Positions 26,896-36,400 of a DNA stretch of 43,601 nt are shown piece by piece (the first letter of the stretch is position 1; the number at the start of each line of letters is the position of its first letter). Made by a program: the position numbers and the translations under genes. A model generated the notes under the pieces. The model did no database searches. It saw only the letters and a list, made by a program, of their open reading frames with translations, and was not told where the DNA came from. This DNA is from an uncultured archaeon (GTDB lineage: Archaea > Asgardarchaeota > Thorarchaeia > Thorarchaeales > Thorarchaeaceae), in contig CAYYQL010000020.1 of assembly GCA_964473825.1 (NCBI GenBank), positions 1 through 43,601 of the forward strand. Reading direction: 5' to 3'.

Positions 26896-28098
26896 TCACG
26901 TTAGCGGTGCGTCACGGCCTTCATACTTGACAACGAATCCAGTATCTTTCCCTGTATTCTCTTTGAGCACAGTCTTGCCTGCCACGAGTCGCTGAATCTG
27001 GTTTGTCCCCTCATAGATCTGAAGGAGTTTCGCATCTCTCAGGAGTTTCTCAACTGGGTACTCCTCAATGTATCCATATCCACCGAAGACTTGCACAGCA
27101 TCTGTTGCATTCAGCATGGCAGCATCTGATGCGAACGCCTTCGCCATTGCGGACTCCTTTGAGTTCGGTTGGCCTTGGTCAGCAAGCCATGCTGCATATC
27201 TCGTCATCCAGCGAGCCCCCAGAGCGCGTGTTCCCATATCAGCTAGCATGAAACTGATGCCTTGGAAGTTACCAATCTCTGTTCCGAACTGCTTTCTTGC
27301 TCCTGCGAACTTCGCTGCTTCATCAACTGCTCTTTGAGCAACACCAGTTGCAATGGCTGCTATCCCTGCTCTTGTTTTGTCTAGCGTCATCATAGCAATC
27401 TTGAATCCCTCGCCCTCCTTACCAACAAGACAGTCCTTTGGAACTCTAACGTCATCAAAGAAAACTTCGCTCTGCACCGAATTACGTTGTCCTAATTTCT
27501 TCTCAATATGCCCGATTTTGACACCTTTGGTCTTTGGGACCATGAAGCAGGAGAGCCCTTTGTGTTTCAATTCTGGCTGCGTTGATGCAAATACAGTGAA
27601 CAGAGATGCTACTGACCCATTGGTCGACCAGCACTTCATCCCATTGATAATGTATTCGTCGCCATCCTTTTCCGCACGTGTCAGCATTCCCGCAGGATCG
27701 GATCCTGCATCTCGTTCTGTCAGGCAGAAGGAACCGAATTTGACCTCCTTTGCAGTTATCAGGGGTTGAACATACTTCTGTAGTTGCTCAGTAGTGGCGC
27801 CAATCACGAGGGGAGCGAAGGCAAGATTATTGCACATGATTGATGTTGCCATGCCTGCGCATCCGTATCCAGTCGCTTCTGAAACCAGAGTTTCAGAGAG
27901 GAGTGACAATCCTGGTCCTCCGGCCTCCTTGGGAATGTGGAGGTTCATCAGACCTGCTTCATACGCCTTCTGAACTACTTCCTTTGGAAACTCATCTTTC
28001 TTCTCAAGCTCGTGGGCATAGGGAGTGATATGTTCGTAGGTGAACTGCTTTGCTCTGTTCCAGAGCTCCTGTTCCTTCTCATCTAATTTGAAGTCCAT
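26896..28098 (-). CDS. Acyl-CoA dehydrogenase
   Basis: FCLTERDAGSD, INGMKCWSTNG, RKQFG, QVFGGYGY, IYEGTNQIQR. Confidence 0.97.
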   Translation of the reverse strand: MDFKLDEKEQELWNRAKQFTYEHITPYAHELEKKDEFPKEVVQKAYEAGLMNLHIPKEAGGPGLSLLSETLVSEATGYGCAGMATSIMCNNLAFAPLVIGATTEQLQKYVQPLITAKEVKFGSFCLTERDAGSDPAGMLTRAEKDGDEYIINGMKCWSTNGSVASLFTVFASTQPELKHKGLSCFMVPKTKGVKIGHIEKKLGQRNSVQSEVFFDDVRVPKDCLVGKEGEGFKIAMMTLDKTRAGIAAIATGVAQRAVDEAAKFAGARKQFGTEIGNFQGISFMLADMGTRALGARWMTRYAAWLADQGQPNSKESAMAKAFASDAAMLNATDAVQVFGGYGYIEEYPVEKLLRDAKLLQIYEGTNQIQRLVAGKTVLKENTGKDTGFVVKYEGRDAPLT

Positions 28099-28244
28099 TC
28101 TTGGCCAGCTCCTTTTGCCCGGCAGTCAGAACTCTCCCTTAAATCAGTTGTTGGAAAAGAGCCGTTGCGTTGCCTCTCGCATATTCTTTATATGGAGCAA
28201 TTCCTCAAGCCCTTCTACCCTATACTGGGTGGAGTCTCAGGATC

Positions 28245-29417
28245 ATGCCACTGAAGAATACGAATATCGTGAGCGCGGCTCAGACCAAATTTGGAAAATT
28301 GGAAGGAATAACGCTCAGAGAGATGTTTGCGGAAGCAGTCGATAAAGCAACCGTTCAATCGGGTGTTCCGAAGGAAGATATTCAGGCTGCGTTTGTCGGC
28401 ACCTTCATCCCTGAGATGCTGGTACATCAGGGTCATTCAGCACCATTACTGGTTGACTTTGCCGGGATGAGAGGCCTCGCTGCAACGCGACATGAGGCAG
28501 CTTGTGCCTCAGGCGCAACAGCTCTTCGAGCAGGGATTATGGCCATTGAGTCAGGTATGTACGACACCGTTCTAGTGGCAGCTGCAGAGAAGATGACGTC
28601 TGTAAGCACCAACAGAGCGACCGAGGCTCTTGCGGCAGCTGCAGACGACGAGTTCGAGTCAAGTATAGGTCTCACATTTCCAGGTGTCTTCGGAATAGCT
28701 GCTGTTGCCCATATGCAGCGTTACGGTACAACTGAGGAAGATATGGCTCGTGTGGCTGTTAAAGCGCACAAGAATGCATCAACAAATCCCTTGGCACAGT
28801 TCCAGAAGGAGATCACCCTAGAGAAGGCGATGACACCACGTTACATCGCGTGGCCGCTCAAGTTGTATGATTGTTCGCCGATTTCAGATGGTGCAGCAGC
28901 CCTAGTTCTGACCTCGAGTGAGAAGGCAAAGGAGTACACTGACCTTCCAGTCAAAATCGTCGGTAGCGGACAGGCCTCTGCCTCCATGAATCTCTGTGAT
29001 CGGATTGACCTCACAACCTTTGAGGCGTCAGTCCGTGCCAGCAAGGAGGCATATGCTATGGCCAACCTTGGTCCAGAAGACATGGATTTTGCTGTTGTTC
29101 ATGATTGTTTCACCATTGCAGAGATAATTGCATCCGAAGACATCGGCTTCTTCAAACCAGGTGAAGCTACCAACGCTGTTCGGGACGGTGTGACTGCCCG
29201 TGATGGGGACAAACCTATCAATCCCATGGGTGGTCTGAAGGCAGTTGGTCATCCTGTTGGCGCGACTGGGGTGAAACAGGCTGTGGTTCTCTACAGGGAA
29301 CTCATCGGTGATGCTGGTCCAAACCAAGTACCCAAGCATGATACTGCAATCATGCACAACTTTGGTGGGACGGGCGCTACGTGTGTTGTAAGTATCATGA
29401 GGAGGGCTGATGCATGA
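28245..29417 (+). CDS. Acetyl-CoA acyltransferase (thiolase), canonical active site
   Basis: EAACASG (Cys), HDCF, GHPVGATG (His), HNFGG. Confidence 0.95.
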   Translation: MPLKNTNIVSAAQTKFGKLEGITLREMFAEAVDKATVQSGVPKEDIQAAFVGTFIPEMLVHQGHSAPLLVDFAGMRGLAATRHEAACASGATALRAGIMAIESGMYDTVLVAAAEKMTSVSTNRATEALAAAADDEFESSIGLTFPGVFGIAAVAHMQRYGTTEEDMARVAVKAHKNASTNPLAQFQKEITLEKAMTPRYIAWPLKLYDCSPISDGAAALVLTSSEKAKEYTDLPVKIVGSGQASASMNLCDRIDLTTFEASVRASKEAYAMANLGPEDMDFAVVHDCFTIAEIIASEDIGFFKPGEATNAVRDGVTARDGDKPINPMGGLKAVGHPVGATGVKQAVVLYRELIGDAGPNQVPKHDTAIMHNFGGTGATCVVSIMRRADA

Positions 29418-29803
29418 GCGAGAAACCAACGATTGAACAATACAAGAAGAACATCCAAGAGGAGAGATTCAAGGCCTATCGTTGTACCGGCTGTGGAGCT
29501 ATCATTGCGCCTCCGTCTGGTGCCTGCTATGGCTGTGGAGGTGCTGAGATGGAGTGGGCTGAGGTTAGCGGAAAGGGAACCTTGATCTCGTTTACAGTTA
29601 TCCACATAGCTCCAGATGAATTCCAAGATGAAGCCCCCTATTTCATTGCAATTGTTGAGCTTGAAGAGGGTACTCGTGTGAGCGCCCGGCTCAAGGGATT
29701 TGATCCGATGAAGCCAGAAGAGGTTTCTTTGGGAATCCCTGTTCTGCTTGACTATGAAGAGAGCGAGAGCGGCAGGAACTACCTGGCGTTCAGACCCGCA
29801 TAG
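29414..29803 (+). CDS. DUF35 family Zn-ribbon/OB-fold protein
   Basis: CTGCG..PPSGACYGC, GKGTLISFT, PYFIAIVELEEG; ATGA overlap with the thiolase. Confidence 0.94.
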   Translation: MSEKPTIEQYKKNIQEERFKAYRCTGCGAIIAPPSGACYGCGGAEMEWAEVSGKGTLISFTVIHIAPDEFQDEAPYFIAIVELEEGTRVSARLKGFDPMKPEEVSLGIPVLLDYEESESGRNYLAFRPA

Positions 29804-29857
29804 TTGTTCACGCAGGGCTGGTTACAATCAGTTCCTGCGCTTCATTCTTTTTCTCGC

Positions 29858-30898
29858 ATGAGCAAGCTTGATAACTGGAGTGACTTCAAGATTGGTGAGG
29901 ACACCACACTGATAGAGAAGCAGTTTGAAAAACTCCTACATCTGGATGTTGATTGGAAAGAGAGCACTTTCGGTCAGTGTTCAAAGAATCTCAAGGCCAG
30001 ATACGATGCAAATCTCTTAGCTGAACACCTTCCACCGACATGGGGAGTACTCAACGGTGATGCCACTCTACTCACCTCTCTCGGTAAGGCCCTGCCCGAG
30101 GATACACGGGCTGCTCTGGAGAGCACTGAGTTTGTTGGAGTGTTCGGAAGAGTCATCGAGGAGAAAGGCTGGGGTGGTGCCAAGTGTCTTCAGTATCTCT
30201 ACGTCTGGGACTATCAGGCAGTCCCTGCTCACGAGGCAGACTATGAGCCAATATTCGTCTTCTTGGATGGAGGACGCAGATACGTAGTCTATGATCTGGT
30301 GCACTACTGCTCTAGAAGTCTTGATCTCAACAAACCTGGCAAGTCTGGCCCAGGACTGAGGATGATTCCCGGGTGGCACTCGTTTTTGCCCGCCCCCAAC
30401 TTGGAGGTATCTTCTCTGGACAGCGGTATAAAGATCAAACCGTTGACAGATAAACACATTGAAACCTGGTGGAATATCCCGGAACCAGAGCCTCAGCTCA
30501 AGATTCGGAAATATATGCTCGACCCGTTTCAACTCGAGGCACCGGGTCATTTCATGGAGACGCCCGATGAGGAATCCCTCACCATATGCTGTACCTTCTT
30601 GGAGATTGAGAGGGCGCTGGCTGAGTTCGAAGACCCAAGACAGGGTCTCGTAGAAGGGATAAAGCGGGCCATGACACGGTGCATCGGTATCTTTGCATTA
30701 CATCGTCTTCCGGCACTGATTCAGCTCCTGAGTGAAATGTCTCAAGTGGGCTTGGTGGCCATGCCTGCACCAATATCTTCTGTCGGAATGAACTTGGCGG
30801 CGGTTGGCAACCTGCTTCGAGATGGATTCATCAGTCTCACCAACGCAGGAAAAACGTTCTTCGAATCATTTGGTCAAGCATCTGATGGTGAAGAGTAG
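29858..30898 (+). CDS. Hypothetical protein with H-x2-D-(W/Y)-E motif
   Basis: Long ORF; LQYLYVWDYQAVPAHEADYEPIFVFL. Confidence 0.8.
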   Translation: MSKLDNWSDFKIGEDTTLIEKQFEKLLHLDVDWKESTFGQCSKNLKARYDANLLAEHLPPTWGVLNGDATLLTSLGKALPEDTRAALESTEFVGVFGRVIEEKGWGGAKCLQYLYVWDYQAVPAHEADYEPIFVFLDGGRRYVVYDLVHYCSRSLDLNKPGKSGPGLRMIPGWHSFLPAPNLEVSSLDSGIKIKPLTDKHIETWWNIPEPEPQLKIRKYMLDPFQLEAPGHFMETPDEESLTICCTFLEIERALAEFEDPRQGLVEGIKRAMTRCIGIFALHRLPALIQLLSEMSQVGLVAMPAPISSVGMNLAAVGNLLRDGFISLTNAGKTFFESFGQASDGEE

Positions 30899-31701
30899 CT
30901 TGAGGAACTGCCTTCTGGAGGGCCTCCCTGCACGACTGGCTCCTCAGACTCCTGTGGTTCCTCAGCGCGATGCACTCTCAACAATCGGTTACTAGTCATC
31001 TTTCCCCAGTCTACCTTGACCAGTAGGTAGATTGCGATTACAACCAGAAGCACTGCGAAGACTTCTGTCGACCTCGATACCATGCTGGTTGAATCGGTTG
31101 CTGCGAAAATCTCTCCGACCCAATCAAGACCGAATCTGCCAGCCCACGCGACTCCTATGAGAAACATCGATTTTCCAATCAACAGTGGAACCAAGACCTT
31201 CCACCAAGAGTATCTTACAGCTCCCAACGGAACAATAACGACATCATCAGGAAGGGGCGTTGCAGCGAGAAACCAAATCACTACCGGAGTGGCTCGTGGA
31301 TAGAGATGCACAAACCGCCGGAAACCGTTGATGTGCTCATCATCGAGCACTTGTCCCCCTAGATGCCCGATAAGGTACCCTGTCATCTCACCTAGGCATG
31401 CACCTATCCCCGCCAGGAAACCAACAAGAGTTGGATCGAATATGAACAGAGATGACACACTATCTCGCAGTCCTCCAAGCACGAATGGAACCCCGATGTA
31501 TGGAAACGGCACCAGTATAGTCGCATTACCCAAGAAAGAAACAAACAGCGAGCCCGCATAACCCATTGTCAATGACACATCTAATAACGTAAGATAGAAA
31601 CTATTGAACGGACTTGTGAGCTCGGGGTTGAGCATGACCAGAACCCAGTATCCGAACAGGCCTGAAATCACAATGATTAGAAGCAGGTCTGAACGTTTCA
31701 T
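30874..31701 (-). CDS. DedA/VTT (SNARE-associated) family membrane protein
   Basis: FLGNATILVPFP, GACLGEMTGYLIG, ATPLPDD, LIGK. Confidence 0.88.
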   Translation of the reverse strand: MKRSDLLLIIVISGLFGYWVLVMLNPELTSPFNSFYLTLLDVSLTMGYAGSLFVSFLGNATILVPFPYIGVPFVLGGLRDSVSSLFIFDPTLVGFLAGIGACLGEMTGYLIGHLGGQVLDDEHINGFRRFVHLYPRATPVVIWFLAATPLPDDVVIVPLGAVRYSWWKVLVPLLIGKSMFLIGVAWAGRFGLDWVGEIFAATDSTSMVSRSTEVFAVLLVVIAIYLLVKVDWGKMTSNRLLRVHRAEEPQESEEPVVQGGPPEGSSSSYSSPSDA

Positions 31702-31817
31702 GTTGTGTGGCTCACCTGCCTGCTGGCTCATGCAGTAATATGAGCATTCCTCTCTGTTGCTCTTCTCATGGCAGGCTTAAGAGGCCGCGTCATCAGACAA
31801 CTGACGGAGCTGAGAGA

Positions 31818-33086
31818 TTGAGAGAGAGTCTTCCATACGGTCTGGGGTCTCTCCCCTTGGACCTGGATACAGGTGATATTCAGAGGCTATCCCCTAGGAC
31901 CCTAGGTGTGCATCCTGAGCCTAAGCAGGCAATTTGTCGAGCCTTGAGGCACCCAATTGGGCAACAAGACATACGACGACTGGTTTCTTCTGGCAAGTCC
32001 ACAGCCATCGTCCTGGATTGTCATCTGGGACTGACAGACATAACAGAGGTTGTTGATGCAGTATCTGAAGCAATAGGCTCTCAGGAAGAATCGGATAGGA
32101 CTGTCAGCTATGTAGTGAGCTCGTCTGCTGGCAGAATGACGGCGCTGCAGTTTAGGCGCGAGATTGACGAATGCACATCTCTCCGAAGCGATGAGGTATT
32201 GCTTCACAACCCTGACAGAGAGGAAGGCCATATCGAGGTGGGAGTGTCGCCCTCCATAGGAAATCGAATCTTGGTCGATGAGACTGTGGTTGGAAGCGAA
32301 CTTGTTGTATCTGTTGGCTCCGTCATACAGGACTCATTCGCCGGTGCCACTGGTGGAAGAATGGCAATACTCCCCGGAGTGAGTCACCGTCAGACAATCA
32401 ATCGCAACAAAACCCAGCAAGCTATCGATGGCGTTTCTCCATTCAATCTGCAGACCAAGTCGTGCATGGACATGATGGAGGCATCTCAAATGGCTGGTCT
32501 TACTCTCTCAGTGAACCTTGTCTACGACAGGATGGGAAACCTTGCCTCGGTTAGAGCAGGCGTTCCCGAAGAGTCTTGGCTACAGGCCGTCGACGATGCT
32601 AGGCAGCTTGCACTCACCGATTTCACAGAAGCTGGAGATGTTGTTATCGTGAGCCCTGGTGGATTTCCTTTCGATTTGACTCTTTATGATGCCGTTGATG
32701 CACTGTTTGCAGCATCACGGGTCTGCAGAAGAGATGGTGTGATTGTTCTTGTGGCAGAGTGCTCGCAAGGTGTGGGGCCGAAAGGATTCGTGGAGGGTAT
32801 TTCTCAATCAGGGTCGCAGGCTGATGCTCTTGTAAGAATCCAGACTGGTTACAGTGATGGGATGGAGAAGTCAAGATACTTCTGGCGGATTCTCGAGAAT
32901 CACCGTTTAGTCATATGTTCAGGTCTCCGACGATCTCACGTGGAGGAGAGGCTCTATGCAGATGCGGTGCAAGACCCCCAAGAAGCCGTGGAGCTTGCAA
33001 AGAACTATGCTGGAATACGTCCAAAAGTCACTGTGATTGAATGCGGGAATATGACATATCCGTCGTATGTCTCCAAAGAGCAGTAG
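31818..33086 (+). CDS. LarA (lactate racemase/DUF2088) family homolog, degenerate active site
   Basis: LPYG start, ALRHPIG, HNP, FAGATGGR.AILPG, SPGGFPFDLTLY, VLVAECSQGVG. Confidence 0.85.
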   Translation: MRESLPYGLGSLPLDLDTGDIQRLSPRTLGVHPEPKQAICRALRHPIGQQDIRRLVSSGKSTAIVLDCHLGLTDITEVVDAVSEAIGSQEESDRTVSYVVSSSAGRMTALQFRREIDECTSLRSDEVLLHNPDREEGHIEVGVSPSIGNRILVDETVVGSELVVSVGSVIQDSFAGATGGRMAILPGVSHRQTINRNKTQQAIDGVSPFNLQTKSCMDMMEASQMAGLTLSVNLVYDRMGNLASVRAGVPEESWLQAVDDARQLALTDFTEAGDVVIVSPGGFPFDLTLYDAVDALFAASRVCRRDGVIVLVAECSQGVGPKGFVEGISQSGSQADALVRIQTGYSDGMEKSRYFWRILENHRLVICSGLRRSHVEERLYADAVQDPQEAVELAKNYAGIRPKVTVIECGNMTYPSYVSKEQ

Positions 33087-33102
33087 TCCTTGTACTGCGG
33101 TT

Positions 33103-33411
33103 TTATCTCTCAAATAATGCGTCACTTGCGCCCAATGCCTGCTCGATCTCTTTCTTTGTGAACTCCTCGAGCTCCCCCTTCTTCGCGATACGTATTGTGA
33201 CAAGAGCTAGGTCATCTTCTGGTTGCATCTCCCACGACGCCTCGTAGTCTGGTTCTTCCTTCACGAACTGCTTAAGCATCTGGAACCATGCATCTTTGAC
33301 CTCCTCAATCTTCGGAGCCTCTTTGTAAATGAACTCTAGGAGAGGGATTGTAATCTCGACATTGAGGACTCGGCCGCCCATAATGTAGTAGTTTCTGATG
33401 TCCCAAGGCAT
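33103..33411 (-). CDS. Hypothetical protein
   Basis: 102-aa ORF with protein-like composition, directly downstream of the giant gene. Confidence 0.75.
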   Translation of the reverse strand: MPWDIRNYYIMGGRVLNVEITIPLLEFIYKEAPKIEEVKDAWFQMLKQFVKEEPDYEASWEMQPEDDLALVTIRIAKKGELEEFTKKEIEQALGASDALFER

Positions 33412-33473
33412 TGTGAGTGCTCCTCAACTGGATTTCGAAGAGCGACAGATAAGTGTTCTTCGCGCTTTCTCGA

Positions 33474-36400
33474 CTAGTCGTTGTCGTCTGTTTCAGGGGA
33501 CATGAGTGCCTCAACATCCTTTATGAACTTCTCTGCCTCGTCTTCGTCTTTCTCAGGTTCTTTCTCATCTGAAGCATCTTCGTCTTGTTCTGAGGGCTCT
33601 TCGGCTCTCATATCGGATGGTGTTTCAGAGACCGGAGCAGGCTCTTCCTCAACGCTTTCTACAGCTTCTTCTCCCCCGATCATCTCAATCTCACCTTCTT
33701 CTTCTCCTAAGATTCCTAGCCCTTGACGTTGGAGAACTGTGTGGATGCTTATGGGACGAATCAGTCCCTTCTCCTGCATCTCCAGCAGTACATCCAGGAT
33801 TTCTGCCTCTGTTTTGCCAGTTTCCTTGGCGGCAGGTTCGAGTACATCCGCAATCCTGAACTCGTCTTTCTCATCAAGTCTTTCAGACAAAACCTTGAGT
33901 ATCTCTGATTCAAAGCCTCGAGCTTTTTCCCTCTCTACTATTATATGAGGGAGCATCCAGTTGTAGTTGAATGTTTCATTGAGGTTTCCGATTACCCATT
34001 CAGGATCAAAACAGTCAACGGCTCCTTTCCAGTCGGTGAGATGTGACTCATATTGGTTCTCAAACATCTCTACGAAGAACTGAAGCCGTTCTCTGAGGAA
34101 GGGGCTCGTTTCTCCCTCTAGAATAAGAATTCCAATAACGTATTGGCTGCTGTAGCTGTTCAACCAGAGACCCTGATACTGAATCTCTTCGAGAGTGCCG
34201 CTTACTCCATCGCCCTTTATCTCGCCGTACACACTCGTGATTGCGGCAATGAAGCCGCTGATGAGATCTGGCTGAATTCTTGTGTCCGTGAAGGGATGAT
34301 AAAAGACACAGGTGCCGCGATCGAGATAGACCGCCATGAAGTGCCGCAGTGTCTGAAGATCATGAAAGGCGTTCAGTTGCCTCTGAAGTACACGTTTCTC
34401 GTGTGCCTTGCGAGGCTTGTGAATCTTGTTGTATGCACCAGCCACCACTCCCAATATCGCTATGACCAAAACCATGTACAATCCTGGAGGCCGAGTAAGA
34501 AACTCAATGAACTGTGTTATGACGCCCGGTGTAACTGGTATCGTCCCCGATTGTTCCTCAACACTCCAGACCTGTCGTGTTCCTTGGAATACTGCAACAA
34601 CTGTGACGTTGACGGCGTTGGAGGGAACTGTAAACGCCTGACTAGCATAGCCTTGGAGGTTTGTGACAGCATTCAGTTCTTCCACCAATTCTGTGTCATC
34701 GTCCAGAATCACATGGACATAGAACTTCACGGGTACACCATCAAATGGTTCATCCGTTCCGGCGACCAGAAGGGTGGCACCAACAGAGAATGATGATCCC
34801 TCGGCAACTGATTCAGGGAGATCGAACACGAAGTAGAGGTTAGTCTTCGCTCTGACCTCAAGTTGTGCACTTAACGTCTGAGAACCACAACCAACGGCCT
34901 CGGCTGTGAACGTGAGGTCGTAAGTGTTGGGCGCGAGAAGTACCCTGTATTCAACTTCGTAGATGCCTTCTCCAGCGTGACTCATGTTCAGCTCGATACT
35001 GCTGAAACTGACGCGGACTGAGGCCCAGTGCACTGGCACGTCATGGTCAAGGTCGTGAAACTGCACTGCAAAGACCATTGTTTCGTTTTCCCACTCGAAG
35101 TACTCTGTGTTGCCGGTCAGCGCTGTGTGTACAGCCCTCACAGTGATTGTCGCACTGTAACTGATACTGGTGTAGTTCGTCTTCAAGAATGTGATATTCA
35201 GCAAGTGACTTGTCAGCGGCAGCGAGAATGTACTGATCTCGAACGAGTATACGCCCTCGCTTATTATTCTCAAGGTGACGGGATTTGCGAAAGACGCCAT
35301 GATTTCACCGGCAGTAATGAGGTCGCCCGTGTGGCCGTCAGTGAAGTTCAGGATTAGGTCGAATGTGTCATTAAGGAACATGACTGATGGAGCTTCTTCA
35401 GTAAACTGAATCTGTGTGGGTACTGGGATAACATCAAAGTTCAGGGTTTCAGAGAAGGATTCGTACCCATACACATCACCCTGCAATAGTACAGCGAATG
35501 AACCAACACCTATTGCTGAGCCTGCGATGGTGGTGCTGTAGGAGCCGCCTCCCACAGATACCAACGGATAGATCTCACCATCGATTGTCACATTCACAGT
35601 AAGGGTATTCACAGGTTTGGAATCCACGTCAAGGATATCTACAGACACGTAGTACTCCCCGTCATAGAACAGCTCTACGAAGACGGAACCATTGAACCCA
35701 TAATAGATCTCTTCGATGGTGGGGTCTAGTAGAGGGGTTTCGATGATATTCAGCAGCACCGAGTCTGTGAGGTTCTCAAAACCATACACCCAGCTCCTGA
35801 TGGCAATCGTGAAGGATCCCAACCCATCACTGCCGTCAAACTGTAAGGTGTAGGCACCAAGCCCTTCGTGGGTCAACGTGTAGTTTTGTGAACGATAGGT
35901 TGCATTGACTTCAGCATCAAGGATGGGGTTGCCCAGCGAATCGACAAGCGTTACTGTAAACTCTGTTTCGTGTGTGTAGTAGAGATCGTGTTCGCTCCAG
36001 CTGGGTGTCAATACTGGCGTGTCAACTTGTACTTCAAGAAGAACTTCTTCCCGACCTGTGTCGTATCCGCTGCTGTTGGCCAGTATTGTCAGGTTCCAGC
36101 TCCCCAGGCCGATGTCGCTGGCGGCAAGGGAGATGTGCCAGTTCTCGTCCATGCCAAGAATCAGATCATAGATGCGACTGCTGTTCACATAGAGGCGCAC
36201 AGTGGCATTCTCAACGGGTTCACCCTCATAAAGGTAGTAGACTGTGATGTTCAGGGTTTCTGCGTAAGTCATGATATAGTCTGAGGGCTCATATTGAACA
36301 TCGAACATATTCGGAGATGGGGTTACATTCAGCTCAGCCGTGACATCCAAGGCGTCTTCGTATCCATAGCAGTCAGCAAGAATCGTCGCAGTGTAGTTGC

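Noticed and set aside
28245-29803. Mevalonate-pathway thiolase/DUF35/HMG-CoA synthase cluster
   Set aside because: No HMG-CoA synthase is adjacent, and the divergent acyl-CoA dehydrogenase points to acyl-CoA oxidation. A role with a distant synthase cannot be excluded.
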